Below, piece after piece: positions 36,849 through 49,217 of a stretch of 53,468 nt of DNA. The DNA comes from Gekko japonicus (taxonomy: Eukaryota), in contig NW_015171544.1 of the NCBI RefSeq assembly GCF_001447785.1, forward strand, positions 459,980 to 513,447. The letters run 5' to 3'. Position 1 is the first letter of the stretch; each line of letters begins with the position of its first letter. A program made the translations under genes and the position numbers. The notes beneath the pieces were generated by a model. That model saw only the letters and a list, made by a program, of their open reading frames with translations, ran no database searches and was not told where the DNA came from.

Positions 36849-37814
36849 TTACAAAGAACTTTTTTGAGAGAAGAACTTCCTGAGCGCCTTGCGGATCTCC
36901 TTGGTCTTGATGCTGTAGATGATGGGATTCAGGACTGGGGGAACCAAGAGGTAGACATTGGCCATGAGGGAGTGAAGATGAGGAGAAGCGTGCTTGCCAA
37001 AACGATGTGCCATGGACACGCCGATCATAGGGACATAGTACACCACCACCGCACAGATGTGGGAGACGCAGGTGTTGAGGGCCTTCAGGCGCCCTTCTTT
37101 CGAGGCCATGCCCAGCACCGTCTTGAGGATCATGATGTAGGAGAGGACAATGCACAGCGAATCGAGCCCAAAAGTAGAGAGGACAACAAACAGACCGCAT
37201 CGGCTGTTCACTGTGATGTCAGCGCATGGCAGGCGGAGTAAATTGGAATGCAAACAGTAGGGATGAGCGAGGACGTTGGGTCTGCAAAACGGCAGTCCCC
37301 GCAGGAGAGCGGGCAAGGGTATCATTAGGACGATGCTCCTCGTAGCAACCCCCAAACCTATCATAACGATCCGGGAGTTGGTCAGGATGGTGGCGTATTG
37401 GAGGGGGTTGTAGATGGCTACGAAGCGGTCAAAGGCCATGGCCCAGAGGACTCCCGAGTCCATGATGGAGAAGGAGTGGATGAAGAACATCTGGGCCAGA
37501 CAGGCATCGATCCCGATCTCCCGGACATCAAGCAGGAAGACGTTCAGCACGGTCGGAAGAGAAGAGAGAGAGATCCCCAGCTCGCTCCCAGCCAGCATGG
37601 AGAGGAAAAGGTGCATGGGCTTGCGCAGGGTCTGGTCCTTCACGACCACAAGGAGAATAAGGCTGTTTCCCAGAATTGCCAGGAGGTACAGGGAGCAGAA
37701 AAGGGCAGCGACCCAGATGCTCCTAGCTTCTAATCCCGGGATGCCGGTCAGGATGAACACGGGAGGAACACGGCTCCGGTTTTCAGGGGCTCCATGAAGA
37801 TGAGCATTCTCCAT
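36849..37814 (-). CDS. Class I olfactory receptor, OR51-type, 321 aa from MENAHL (OR51-B)
   Basis: Same motif set (MAFDRFVAIYNPLQY, KALNTCVSH, HRFG, PPVLNPIIYSIKTKEI) and NRS sequon. Acceptor catgcag lies 7 nt before the ATG at 37814. Confidence 0.93.
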   Translation of the reverse strand: MENAHLHGAPENRSRVPPVFILTGIPGLEARSIWVAALFCSLYLLAILGNSLILLVVVKDQTLRKPMHLFLSMLAGSELGISLSSLPTVLNVFLLDVREIGIDACLAQMFFIHSFSIMDSGVLWAMAFDRFVAIYNPLQYATILTNSRIVMIGLGVATRSIVLMIPLPALLRGLPFCRPNVLAHPYCLHSNLLRLPCADITVNSRCGLFVVLSTFGLDSLCIVLSYIMILKTVLGMASKEGRLKALNTCVSHICAVVVYYVPMIGVSMAHRFGKHASPHLHSLMANVYLLVPPVLNPIIYSIKTKEIRKALRKFFSQKSSL

Positions 37815-38344
37815 ACAGGACCTGCATGTAAATACAAACACCAGCAGCATGTCAGCTCTGAACCTGGAGTATTCGGATTACTGCAAAACATCTGGCGAGT
37901 AAGGGATGGGAGGTGTGCATGGCTGATTGTATCCCTGTGTCAGGAATCTTCTTAGGTGGGTCACATTGATGGCACACCAACCCAGGCCTTCCCCCTGGAG
38001 TATTTCCTCCATGAGTGGATGCTTTGGGGTGTCGCACTAGACCCCTGAACATGAAGAAGAAGGGTTGGGTTTCATACCCTGCTTTTCGCTACCTTAAGAA
38101 GTCTCAAAGCAGCTTACAATCACCTCCCCTTCCTCTCCCCACAACAGGCACTTTGTGAGGTAGATGAGGCTGAGAGAGTCCTGAGAGAACTATAACTGGC
38201 CCAAGGTCACCCAGCAGGCATCATGTGGAGGAGGAGTGGGGAATCAAACCTGCCTCTCCAGATTGGAGTCCCCCGCTCTTAACCACTACACCATGTTGGC
38301 TTTCATGAGGCCACACATCAGGCCCGTAGCCGGGATTTGGTGGC

Positions 38345-38652
38345 TTGTTTGGTGTAGTGATTAAGTTTGGTGTAGTGGTTAAGTGCGCGGACTCTAATCT
38401 GGGAGAATCGGGTTTGATTTCCCCACTCCTCCTCCACTTGCACCTGGCTGGGTGACCTTAGACAAGCCCTAGTTCTGATAAGAACTGTCTTTGAAAAAGA
38501 GCTGTTTCTGTCGAGAGCTCTCTCAGCCCCACCGACCTCACAGGGTGTCTGTTGTGGGGAGGGGAAGGGAGAGGAGTTTGTCAGCCGCTCTGAGACTCCT
38601 TTGGGTAGTGAAGGGTGGGATATAAATCCAATCTCTTCTCTTCTTCTTCTTC
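38345..38652 (+). mobile_element. tRNA-headed CORE/MIR-like SINE with (TTC)n tail (other copies near 25454-25625, 26699-26870, 31690-31810, 35070-35205, 38055-38300, 40760-40930, 42395-42690, 53331-53468)
   Basis: ggtgtagtggttaag...ggtttgattcccc head; gtgacctt...ctctctcagccccacc..cctcacagggtg core; TTC repeats. Confidence 0.7.
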
Positions 38653-40334
38653 CTGTGAGGCAAATTTCTTTCTAGTGGGGGTGAAGTTCTCGGTGCAGAA
38701 AGAAAAGCCACCTAGCCAATAGAAACCCAGGATAGATCTCTGAATTGCAAGCTGTCAACCACTTTAGATGACAGTTCTCAGCTGCTGCAAGTTAATCACT
38801 TCTGCCAGCCTAAGCAACAGTTTTGAGAACAAGCCGGCAGGTGGGGGTGAGGACTTCTGTAGTTAAGAAAGCTATGGCTGGGAGGGCGGGGCCATGGCTG
38901 GGAGGGTGGGCTATAAAAATAATAAATAAATAAAAAATAATTTTGCAGAAAAACTCTCTTAAAGGAGACCAGTTTCTTGACACAGAGTTAGAAGGTATCC
39001 TAGAGGTCACCTACTCCAACCCCCTTGCTCAGTGCAGTAATTAGTCAGCTACAACACCTCACTCTTCTTAAAGGAGAGCACACCTTTAAAAAAAATTAAA
39101 ATGATTGATAAAAGCATCTACAGGAGAAATTCTTGTGGGACTGTGCCTTTAAGAAAGGAGGCAGAGCCCCCAAATGCCCCACTGTGGCTGGCTGGGAGGT
39201 CGGGGCCATGGCTGGGAGGGTGGGCTATAAAAATAATAAATAAATAAAAATACTTTGGCAGAAAAACTCTCTTAAAGGAGAACACATGTGGAGAGTGCAG
39301 CAGCCACATAAGAACTGCTGAGGCACAAGGGCATGGATGTTTGGAGACTGGTGCCACTGGACCACATTCAGTCACACATCTTATTGTGCAGCAAGACAAT
39401 GTTGAACGACAACAAGCGTACAAAGAATTGGAAGGGGGGCTTTGCTGCAGTGGGACAGTCATCTTGGAAAGAAGACGTGGACTCCTCTGTTCTGTACTGC
39501 CAGAGGGGGGCAAGGCACAGCCCCCAAAGAATAATAACGGCTGCACGAGCTGTCGTATATCAGGAGAAGCTTCCTGACTGTAAGAGTGGTCGAGCAGTGG
39601 AACAGTCTGCCTCGGGAGGTGGTGGAGGCTCCTTCGCTGGACCGTTTTCAAGCGGAGGAGGCTGGACGACTCTCTATTGGGTATGTTGTAGGTATGTAGG
39701 GCTCTCTTTTGGCTATGCTCCTGCAGAGTGCAGGGGGCTGGACTAGATGACCTGCAAGGTCCAACTCTAACATTCTATGATTCTATGTATTCATCAAGTG
39801 GTGGACTTCTACTCAATAGGCAGGGGGCGTGGTGTCTCAGTGGCATTTGTGGTTTGAAAAGAAGCACAGCCAAAAATGAAAAGAGGCGTTGAGCCTTATC
39901 AACTTGGGACTGATCCCCACACACACACACACCATTGTTTGGAGCTAAACATTTCTAGTCAAGCAGAATTCTACAGGACTGGATATAGAATCATAGAATC
40001 ATAGAGTTGGAAGCTACCTCCAGGGTCATCTAGTCCAACCCCCTGCACAGTGTAGGAAATTCACAAATACCTCCCCCCACACACCCTCCATTTGGGACTG
40101 ATCCCCCCCCCCACCACCATTGTTTGGAGCTGAACATTTCTGGTCGAGCAGAATTCTACAGGACTGGATATAGAACCATAGAACCATAGAGTTGGAAGGG
40201 ACCTCCAGGGTCATCTAGTCCAACCCCCTGCACAGTGTAGGAAATTCACAAATACCTCCCCCTTCACACCCACAGTGGCTGCTGTTCCATGCCCAGAAGA
40301 TGACCAAAAACCTTCAGGATCTGTGGGAGGTTCC

Positions 40335-43300
40335 CGGTGAGGTTGAACTCTCTAGCTTGCACAGAGTCTCTTCTATAAAGAATCTCTGAACCTGCACCTG
40401 TCATTTCCCCAGAAAGCTCTTTCCTGGGGGCACCTTCTTGGGCAGGGGGTGTAACTCAGAACACGGTAATCTCAATCCTCGCCAAAGGACAGTCTGCCAA
40501 GGACAGTCATCTGGAGAACCCCTGTAAGTTTGGGGTCTCTAGCACTTCGGGGGACCATTCGACCACAACCAGTGTTCCCCCTAAGCTGAGTTAGTGTGAG
40601 CTAGCTCACTGGTTTTTTAGCCTCCAGCTCACACATTTCTGTCTTCGCTCAGGAAAGATGGGGCTCCAGAGCAAACTAATTTATTCAGTAGCCAAATCAC
40701 TTGCTCACAATTCTAATGCCAGTAGCTCACAAAATGTTTTGCTCACAAGACTCCACAGCGAAGAAGAGGAGGAGGAGAAGGAGGAGGAGATTGGATGTGT
40801 ACCCCGCCCTTCACTACCCAAAGGTGTCTCAGAGTGGTCATCCAGCCAGGTGCAAGTGGAGGAGGAGTGGGGGAATCAAACCCGGTTCTCCCAGATTAGA
40901 GTCCGTGCGCTCAACCACCACACCAAACTACAACAACATTAGAGGGAATGTTGATTCTGCAACACAAACCTCACAAACTAAACAGGTTCGTTTGCACCTA
41001 AAGAGTTTGCGATGGCTCACGGCTCACGGCTCACAAACGGGGCCCAGCATGAAGCACAGAGGGAAACGAGCTGCATATTCTTCTGGTGCTCGCCGGTCCC
41101 TCCGAACCAGGGCCAGCCCTGCGTACCTTCAGAGGTCTGATGAGGCCGGGCTGCCCTGGCCTATCCCTGCTTTGTTGCCCTCCTGACTCTGCTTGGCTTC
41201 CAAGATCTAACGAGGTCAGACTCATCTTGGACCATCCAGGGCAGGGCAGGGCAAAAGCCATACAGAGCTGGTTTGCCCTTGCCTGCCTCTACATAGCAAC
41301 CCTGGACTTCCTTGGTGGTCTCCCTTCCAAGTACCAACCAGGGCCAACCCTGTTTAACTCCTGAGATCTGATGAGTTTGGGCTAGCCTGGGCCATCTAGG
41401 TTGGGACAAGAGACATTGAGAGGTGGGTTGCCAACTTGCCACTGCCTTCCTTTGCATGGTGACCCTGAGTTTTGTTGGTGGTCTCCCATCCAAATAGAAA
41501 CCAGGGCAGCTGTCAGCTCCACTGCTGGCCGCCCTTTGCAGCCGGGTCTCTTTCCTCAGCCACCGCTGCGGGACTGTCTTCTCCGTGCAGAATGCCAGAT
41601 GTGCACATCCCAGGCCTAGGGATGGACATGAACCTGCTCACCAACTAAAGTTCCTGTTTAATTTTGGCCGGTTTGTGAACTGACGTTTGTGGCGAGTCAA
41701 CCTGTCCGAACTTTCCACAAACTTTCAGGCAGTTTGTGGCGGTTCATGAATGGATCTGTTTCTGGACAGTCTCCGCTCAATCAAAGTATTTCCCAAACTT
41801 CTAAAACAACAAGGGAGAAACCGTAGACGAGTGGGCAGCAAGGTGCGGTTCCCTGTACATTTGGTGTGTGTAACTTGCACTTTTGAAACCGACCTTGACA
41901 TTTTCCCCAGAAGCACTTCCCTGGGGGCCTCTTATTTGGGGAACCATAACTGAAGCCCCAGAAATTCAATCTGCACATAACTCGGAGTGTGAGGCTGAAG
42001 TCTCTAACTTGCACAGAGTCTCTGAACCTGCACCTGTCATGTCCCCAGAAAGCTCTTTCCTGGGGGCACCTTCTTGGGCAGGGGGTGTAACTCAGAACCC
42101 GGTAATCCCAATCCTCGCCAAACTTGGAGGGTCTGCCGAGGACAGTCATCTGGAGAGCCCCTGTACGTTTGGGGTCTCTAGCACTCCGGGGGACCGTTCG
42201 ACCACAACCACTGTTCCCCCTAAGCTGAGTTAGTGTGAGGTTTTTAGCCTCCGGCTCACACATTTCTGTCTTCGCTCAGGAAGGATGGGGCTCCAGAGCA
42301 AACTAATTTATTCAGTAGTCAAATCGCTCGCTCACAGCTTTAATGCCAGTAGCTCACAAAGTAGAATTTTTGCTCAGTAGGTTCCACAGCTTAGAAGAAG
42401 AACAAGAAGAAGAACAAGAAGAGATTGGATTTACAGCCCGCCCTTCACTACCCAAAGGGGTCTCAAAGCGGCTTACAAACTCCTTTCCCTTCCCCTCCCC
42501 ACAGCAGACACCCTGTGAGGGAGGTGGGGCTGAGAGAGCTCTGACAGAAACTGCTCTTTTTCAAGGACAGCTCTTGTCAGAACTACGGCTTGCCCAAGGT
42601 CATCCAGCAGGTGCAAGTGGAGGAGTGGGGGAATCAAACCCGGTTCTCCCAGATTAGAGTCTGCATACTTAACCACTACTACCAAACTACAACGACATTA
42701 GAGGGAATGTTGATTCCGCAACACAAACCTCACAACCTAAACAGGTTCGTTTGCACCAAAAAAGTTTGTGATGGCTCACGGCTCACAAACCGGGCCCACC
42801 ATGAAGCACAGAGGAAAATGAGCTGCATTCTTCTGGTGCTCGCCCGTCCCTCCGAACCAGGGCCAGCCCTGCGTAGCTTCGGAGGTCTGATGAGACGGGG
42901 CTGTCCTGGCCTATCCCTGGTCAGGGCGTTTCAGACACGGACTAACAATATCGGCATTTCTTAAGACCAGCATCTTGTCTTCGTCTTCTGTTGGGATAAT
43001 ATTTTTAATGCAAAAAATATTTCAAACCAGCCAAAGAGGAAAGGGGAAGCTGAAGCCAGAGAAAGGGGACTTCCTGAGCCAGGCAACAAGTCCCGTCCAG
43101 CGAGCTGCTCCTTCCCAACAAAGGCTGAGACGTTGTCCCCACATGTCCCCCCCCCAGTTCCCCAGCACTGCTTACCTCCCGCGCATTCAGCAGCTGTCAG
43201 CTCCGCTGCTGGCCGCCCTTTGCAGCCTGGTCTCTTTCCTCAGCCACCGCTGCGGAACTGTCTTCTCCACGCAGAATGCCAGATGTGCACATCCCAGGCC
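40335..43300. repeat. Diverged direct duplication of about 1.3-1.6 kb (about 40335-41617 vs 41985-43300)
   Basis: Collinear blocks tctctgaacctgcacctgtcat..., MITE plus SINE, acacaaacctcaca..., cagctgtcagctcc...gatgtgcacatcccaggcc. Confidence 0.85.
41260..41400 (-). mobile_element. 5S rRNA-derived SINE head (additional degenerate heads near 41070-41165, 41185-41245, 41455-41505, 42820-42920)
   Basis: Reverse complement cccaaactcatcagatctcaggagttaaacagggttggccctggttggtacttggaagggagaccaccaaggaa aligns to the 5S rRNA internal promoter region. Confidence 0.8.
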
Positions 43301-43425
43301 CCCCATCAGGCCGTATTCGTACGCCACCAGAGCCCAAGAGAGGTGGTCCTGAGAGCCACAGGCAGGCCCTGGTGTGGGATGAGCCGATTTTCTTTAATTG
43401 CTCTGCCTCATGGGGTCTCTGGGGC
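43171..43425 (-). promoter_or_regulatory. Candidate OR51-B promoter and 5' non-coding exon
   Basis: Minus-strand donor GAG|GTAAGC at 43176/43175; homeodomain-like TAATTG (43395-43400) 5 bp from an O/E-like CCTCATGGGG (43406-43415). Confidence 0.4.
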
Positions 43426-43702
43426 GGCTGACAGCAGGTTGCTCCTTGCAGACTGTAGATACAGGATACAGGAAGGTGCCGTCTACTGAATCAGTCCCTC
43501 GGTCCATCAAGGTCAGTATCATCTGCTGAGACTGGCTACCCGCTCTCCAGGGTCTCAGGCAGAGAGGTCTTTCCCATCACCCACTGCCTGGTCCTTTTAA
43601 CAGGAGATGCTGCCAGGGATTGAACCAGGGACCTTCTGCATGCCAAGGCGATGCTCTGTCACTCACAGCCCTGCCCCCTCCCTGAGGGGTTCATCCAGAC
43701 TT

Positions 43703-44565
43703 AGACTGGGGAAAAAAGGGGGGGAAACTCAACCCAAGATGACACTGCGAACCAGAAGGGTTAAGCGGACCATGTATAGCCATATCCATTCCAATTATTC
43801 TAAATAAAAAACCATGAAATGAAATAGTGAAATTATTATATTAATAGTTCCAGTTGTATAGTTTGAAAAAATAGTTTGTTGAAATTAATAAGCATTTGGA
43901 TGGTCAGTAGTTCAGCAGTTCGAGAGCCGGGTGTGCCGCATGACGGAGTGAGCTCCCGTCTCTAGTTCCAGCTCCTGCCAAACTAGCAGTTCGAAAGCAA
44001 GACATTGCAAGTAGATAAATAGGTACCACTTCGGTGGGAAGGTAACAGCGTTCCGTGCGCCTTGGTGTTTAGTCATGCCGGCCACATGACCACGGAAATG
44101 TCTTCGGACAGCGCTGGCTCTTTGGCTTGGAAACGGAGATGAGCACCGCAACCCTAGAGTCAGAATCTACGGGCTTTCGTCGAGCAAGGGAGACCTTTAC
44201 CTTTTTATACATTTGAAATAATAATTTGAATTTCTTTTCCCCTTCCCCCCCCCTCTATTTTTATAATTTCAGGATACAACATCTGGTCTTTATATAAGTG
44301 TACTAAAGATCTTGTATACATATGTTTGAATGTGTGTCTATACTATATTGTAATAGTGACCACTGAGGAAGGCTCTGTGAGGCCGAAACGCGTTTGGTCT
44401 TCAGTTGGAAAGTGTTGACCCATCATGTGTATTAATGTTTGATATGCTTTTATTAGTCTGATACTTGAAAAAAAAATTAACCCGAATATATTTTAATATG
44501 TGTACACCCTAATAAATTTTGTTCTTTTATCATTTACATGGTCAGCTCAACTCTTCTGGTTCGCA
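43703..44565 (+). mobile_element. Penelope-like/retrozyme-like insertion with inverted ends, about 15-bp TSD, hammerhead ribozyme and nested Sauria SINE (about 43900-44205)
   Basis: Direct repeat ggttcatccagactt at 43688-43702 and 44566-44580; 32-bp inverted repeat at 43745-43776 and 44535-44566; AATAAA at 44511. Confidence 0.7.
44358..44399 (+). ncRNA. Minimal type I hammerhead ribozyme
   Basis: GACCA-CTGAGGA-A-GGC(tctgtgag)GCC-GAAA-CGCG-TT-TGGTC: stem I GACCA/TGGTC, core CUGANGA and GAAA, palindromic stem III, GUU cleavage triplet. Confidence 0.78.
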
Positions 44566-45173
44566 GGTTCATCCAGACTTCCCTGGCTGCTACACGCCTT
44601 CCGAACTCCTTCCTCTTCTTACACCTTCAGGGGGAGAGTCCCTTTAAAGGCACCTGAACCCTCCAGAATAGCCTCACGAATCCATACTCCTTTTGTCTGC
44701 TGTATGTTAGGTGGTTTGGAATAGCTGATTTGTAGTCAAAAGAACGTGACGATCAGTTGTCATCCCTTCACTCATGAAACAAAGGCAAGAGGCAACAGCA
44801 TGGATTTAGTCACTTTACTGGCTGGTTTATACCCTCAGTATTCAAAGACGGCTACTCCATCCCTGTGCATGCGGGGCTTGGAAAAGAATATTGTATCATG
44901 GAGAGTGTAAAACACTAACCAAACACACCACCCTAGGGAGGGGCCCTGGCTCCGGAGAAGAGCCTCTACTTGGAATGCAGGAGGTCCCAGGGTCTTTGGC
45001 CATCTGGTACCAGGTGGTCTCCCAGACCCAATCAAGGAGCTTACTTGATGGAACCTTCCAGAAGATGTTGACATCCACTCCTGCTTTCTCCCCCCCCATC
45101 TGGTTACACAACTGAATTATGATTAACCAATGACCACATTCTTGAGTCTGGCCTGGAAAGAGATCAAGATGGT

Positions 45174-45472
45174 TGTACTGTATCAAGTCCTGACAAGTCC
45201 AGACATGTCCAGGGACAACCGTTGAGCTTCGCTCCAAGAGACAATGGACTATGCAGATCCTAGCCCGCTCCAATCAGGGGGCTAGGCTCCTGGCCGAGAA
45301 GCCAATGGGACTCTCGGCCACTGTAAATAACCTATTGGGAAGTGGGGGGCGGTGTTTTGGGTGGCAGTTTCTTGGGGAATATAAGCCGGCCTGCGAGCCG
45401 GCCAAAGCTGTCTTGTTCCTGACTGAATAAAGTACGCTTTGCTGAAATCACTCTCCGTCTGCGTACTTTTCA
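45174..45472 (+). mobile_element. Solo LTR, same family as 17749-18059
   Basis: TG...CA with perfect TSD atggt (45169-45173 / 45473-45477). Confidence 0.87.
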
Positions 45473-45699
45473 ATGGTGTCATAGAATCATAGAATGTAAG
45501 AGTTGGAAGGGACCTTGCAGGTCATCTAGCCCAACCCCCTGCACTCTGCAGGCACAGAGCCGAAATATAGCCCTACAACATACCCAAAAGATGGTCGTCC
45601 AGCCTCCGCTTGTCAGCAGAAAGGCCCAATTATGGACAGCTGCAAGCTGGAGCTAATATCCACGTTGACCCTTGAGGGGAATCAGGGTGCTTTGCCTCA

Positions 45700-47075
45700 C
45701 ACAACTTTTGATAAAGTTCCTCATCAAAGGCTCCTAAGTAAGCTCAAAAATCATGGGATAAAAGGACATGTCATTTTGTGGATCAAAAACTGGCTAATTA
45801 ATAGAAAACAGAGAGTGAGTATAAATGGGCTATTTTCTCAGTGGAGGGAGGTAAGCAGTGGGGTACCACAGGGATCAGTACTCGGTCTGAAGCTTTTTAA
45901 TTTGTTCATTAATGATTTGGAGTTGGGAGTAAGCAGTGAAGTGGCTAAATTTGCAGATGATATAAAGTTGTTCAGGGTGGTGAAAACCAGGGAGGATTGT
46001 GAGGAACTCCAAAGGGATCTGTCAAGGATGGGCAAGTGGGCGTCAACATGGCAAATGGGGTTCAAAGTGGCCAAGTGCAAACTGATGAACATTGGAGTCA
46101 AAAATCATAAATATAAATACACATTGATATGCTGGGGATTATTAGGAAGAGAATTGAAAACAGATCAGCCAATATTATAATGCCCTTATATAAATCAATG
46201 GTGGAACCTCATTTGGAATACTGTGTGCAGTTCTGGTCACCACACCTTAAAAAGGATATTATAGCATTGGAAAAAGTGCAGAAAAGGGCAACTCGAATGA
46301 TAAAAGGGTTGGAACACTTTNNNNNNNNNNNNNNNNNNNNNNNNNNNNNNNNNNNNNNNNNNNNNNNNNNNNNNNNNNNNNNNNNNNNNNNNNNNNNNNN
46401 NNNNNNNNNNNNNNNNNNNNNNNNNNNNNNNNNNNNNNNNNNNNNNNNNNNNNNNNNNNNNNNNNNNNNNNNNNNNNNNNNNNNNNNNNNNNNNNNNNNN
46501 NNNNNNNNNNNNNNNNNNNNNNNNNNNNNNNNNNNNNNNNNNNNNNNNNNNNNNNNNNNNNNNNNNNNNNNNNNNNNNNNNNNNNNNNNNNNNNNNNNNN
46601 NNNNNNNNNNNNNNNNNNNNNNNNNNNNNNNNNNNNNNNNNNNNNNNNNNNNNNNNNNNNNNNNNNNNNNNNNNNNNNNNNNNNNNNNNNNNNNNNNNNN
46701 NNNNNNNNNNNNNNNNNNNNNNNNNNNNNNNNNNNNNNNNNNNNNNNNNNNNNNNNNNNNNNNNNNNNNNNNNNNNNNNNNNNNNNNNNNNNNNNNNNNN
46801 NNNNNNNNNNNNNNNNNNNNNNNNNNNNNNNNNNNNNNNNNNNNNNNNNNNNNNNNNNNNNNNNNNNNNNNNNNNNNNNNNNNNNNNNNNNNNNNNNNNN
46901 NNNNNNNNNNNNNNNNGTGCTTGGGCGGGGGGCAACAGTGGGAGGGCTTCTGGAGTTCTGGCCCCACTACTGGACCTCCTGAGGGCACCTGGTATTTCTG
47001 GCCACTGTGTGACAGAGTGTTGGACTGGATGGGCCTTTGGCCTGATCCAACATTGGTGTCTCTTATGTTTTTATG
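45700..47075 (+). mobile_element. CR1 LINE RT fragment and 3' UTR spanning a gap
   Basis: FDKVPHQRLLSKL...SGVPQGSVLG..LFNLFINDL...KFADDIKL; tail ctcttatgttttt after the gap. Confidence 0.9.
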
Positions 47076-49217
47076 TTCACCCCGGACTGAGACCTGGGGC
47101 TGCCTTCTGACTTCGGATTTCGCTGTGCTATTGGACCCTGGACTGTGATTTTTTGGACGGTGACCCGAGAAGCCCTCCTGTCAGAGCCTGTAACTACTGG
47201 GAGTGGCCTCCCCCCCCCGGGGGGGCCAGGACAGGCTGGCTATAAAGACTTCTAAAGTAGGTGGTAAGAGGGAGGCCCAATTCCAACCCGATGGCCAGTG
47301 CAGCTTAAGCTCGGTGGGGAGAGGAAGGGGGCCCACGTGGCAATGCCCACCCCAGACTGCTGCCCGGGGGCTCATGTGCCCCCAGGCTCACAGCTGAGCA
47401 CCCCCACCAGAAAAGGAAGGCACCTCCAAAGCCACGCCAGCAAACCCAGCCAGGGGGTGGGGGGACTGAGGAGGTGTTTGTAAAGTGAATGGGGTGCCCA
47501 CATAGCCAAAGTGAGGAGTGTCACATGCCTAAGGCTGGGATCTGCAGATGGGCAAATGCTCTTATGGGGAAGCTGCCAAGCAGTAAGAAGCAAACCCAGC
47601 CACGGTCTCCCACACCTGCCACCGTCTCCCACACCAGCCCCGCAGGCTGCAGCTACCGAAATATCCCCCCCCCCATCCCACCAGTCCACACGGGCTTGGC
47701 GTGAAAGGTCAGCTGCCCTCTCACCCTCCCCAGCAGCTCCAGGCAAACGTCTGCGTGGGGGAAGCAGGGCCTGCTTAGGACGCCCGCTACATGTTTTTGG
47801 CTCAAGCTAACCCTTAACCCATCTGGATTAACCCCCTTAATTCTTGCAGATAGCTACTGCTCAAGTTGGGTGGATATGGTTGAAAATAAAATACAACTGC
47901 TGCACTGTCTTCTTCGTGCTTGGGGGGGGGCAGCAGTGGGAGGGCTTCTAGTGTCCCGGCCCCACTGCTGGACCTCCTGAGGGCACCTGGTGTTTCTGGC
48001 CACTGTGTGACACAGAGTGTTGGACTGGATGGGCCATTGGCCTGATCCAACATTGGCTTCTCTCTTATATTCTTATGTTCTTCTCCCCTGCAGCAATATG
48101 CCATCTCGGGTTCTCAGGGGCTGAAGAAATCATGAATCGGATTCAGTTCTTCAGGCCGATAGAGTTTGGGCACATCTCTATTCAGCGGTAGGGAATCATA
48201 GCCAAAACCTTGTGCCGGCAAACTATCTTTACTCTTTAGAAGGGGAAGGGCTGTGGCTCCATGGAAGAGCCTCTGTTTTGCATGCAGAAGGCCCCATGTT
48301 CAATCCCTGGTAGCATCTCCAGTTAGAAAGCTCCAGGCAGCAGGTGATGTGAAAGGCCTCCGCCTGAGACCCTGGAGAGCTGCTGCCAGTGAGTAGACAA
48401 GGCTGCCCTTGATGGACCGAGGGTCTGATTCAGTAGAAGGCGGCTTCAAGTCCCCAAATGCCACAGCGCTTCCACCCTAGCCCATTTTAACTGCCTGCCC
48501 TCAGCACTGTTGGAAGGGGGATACTTACATATTCCCTACCCTCAATGTTGTGTTCCTGCCAATTGAATGCAGCTGAAAAAGCGGAACGTGTGTTATTATA
48601 TTGTCCATTCTGTAAGGACATCCATTCCGCTTAGCTCACCCCTATTCTATCCAGGTTCCCAGGAAGATCTGAAGAATTCTACGCGTATCTCCTCCTCGCA
48701 GACCACTCCAAGGAGACCACCTCTAAGGTAGCCAAATTCGGTGCTGAGACTTTGTCCATAAGAAACCAGATATCCCAAACTTTTAAATGGCTTTTATGTA
48801 TAATTAATTACAGCACAATAAGGTTGTGAATTTTAAGCTCTGTATATTAACTTTGTATTTGTACATAAACTGTGCTGTTAAGTTGCTGTTGATGGATCTC
48901 TTGATCGTAATAAACGTCGCATGCATGGCTGACTGGAGATCTTACACTGTTTGATTGCACAGGTATGTGCCTTGTTATCCACTATGAGTCTCAGCAATAA
49001 ATAGAGTCAATAAATAAATATTGTTTATTGGGAAAGATCTGGCTAACACCAGGGAGCGTGTGTCATGAGATCTGACACAGAAAGGTAAGATGTTTTTAAC
49101 ATTTCAGAAACTGAGATCCAAAACTGAGTGGCATGTACACTACATCATAGGAAAGCCACAAAGTTCCATGGATTATACAATACCCAATTTGCAGTTACAA
49201 ATGAGAGCATTTTTTTT

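Noticed and set aside
39900-40270. About 183-bp tandem duplicate (also 38860-38970 vs 39185-39280)
   Set aside because: Ordinary local duplication of CR1-tail-containing DNA; no further signal.
41130-41165. CTGATGA as a hammerhead core (also near 42888 and 41368)
   Set aside because: No stem II-GAAA-stem III; it is the antisense of a 5S-derived head.
41300-41400. 5S rRNA gene
   Set aside because: Diverged, lacks 5S termini and continues into SINE sequence.
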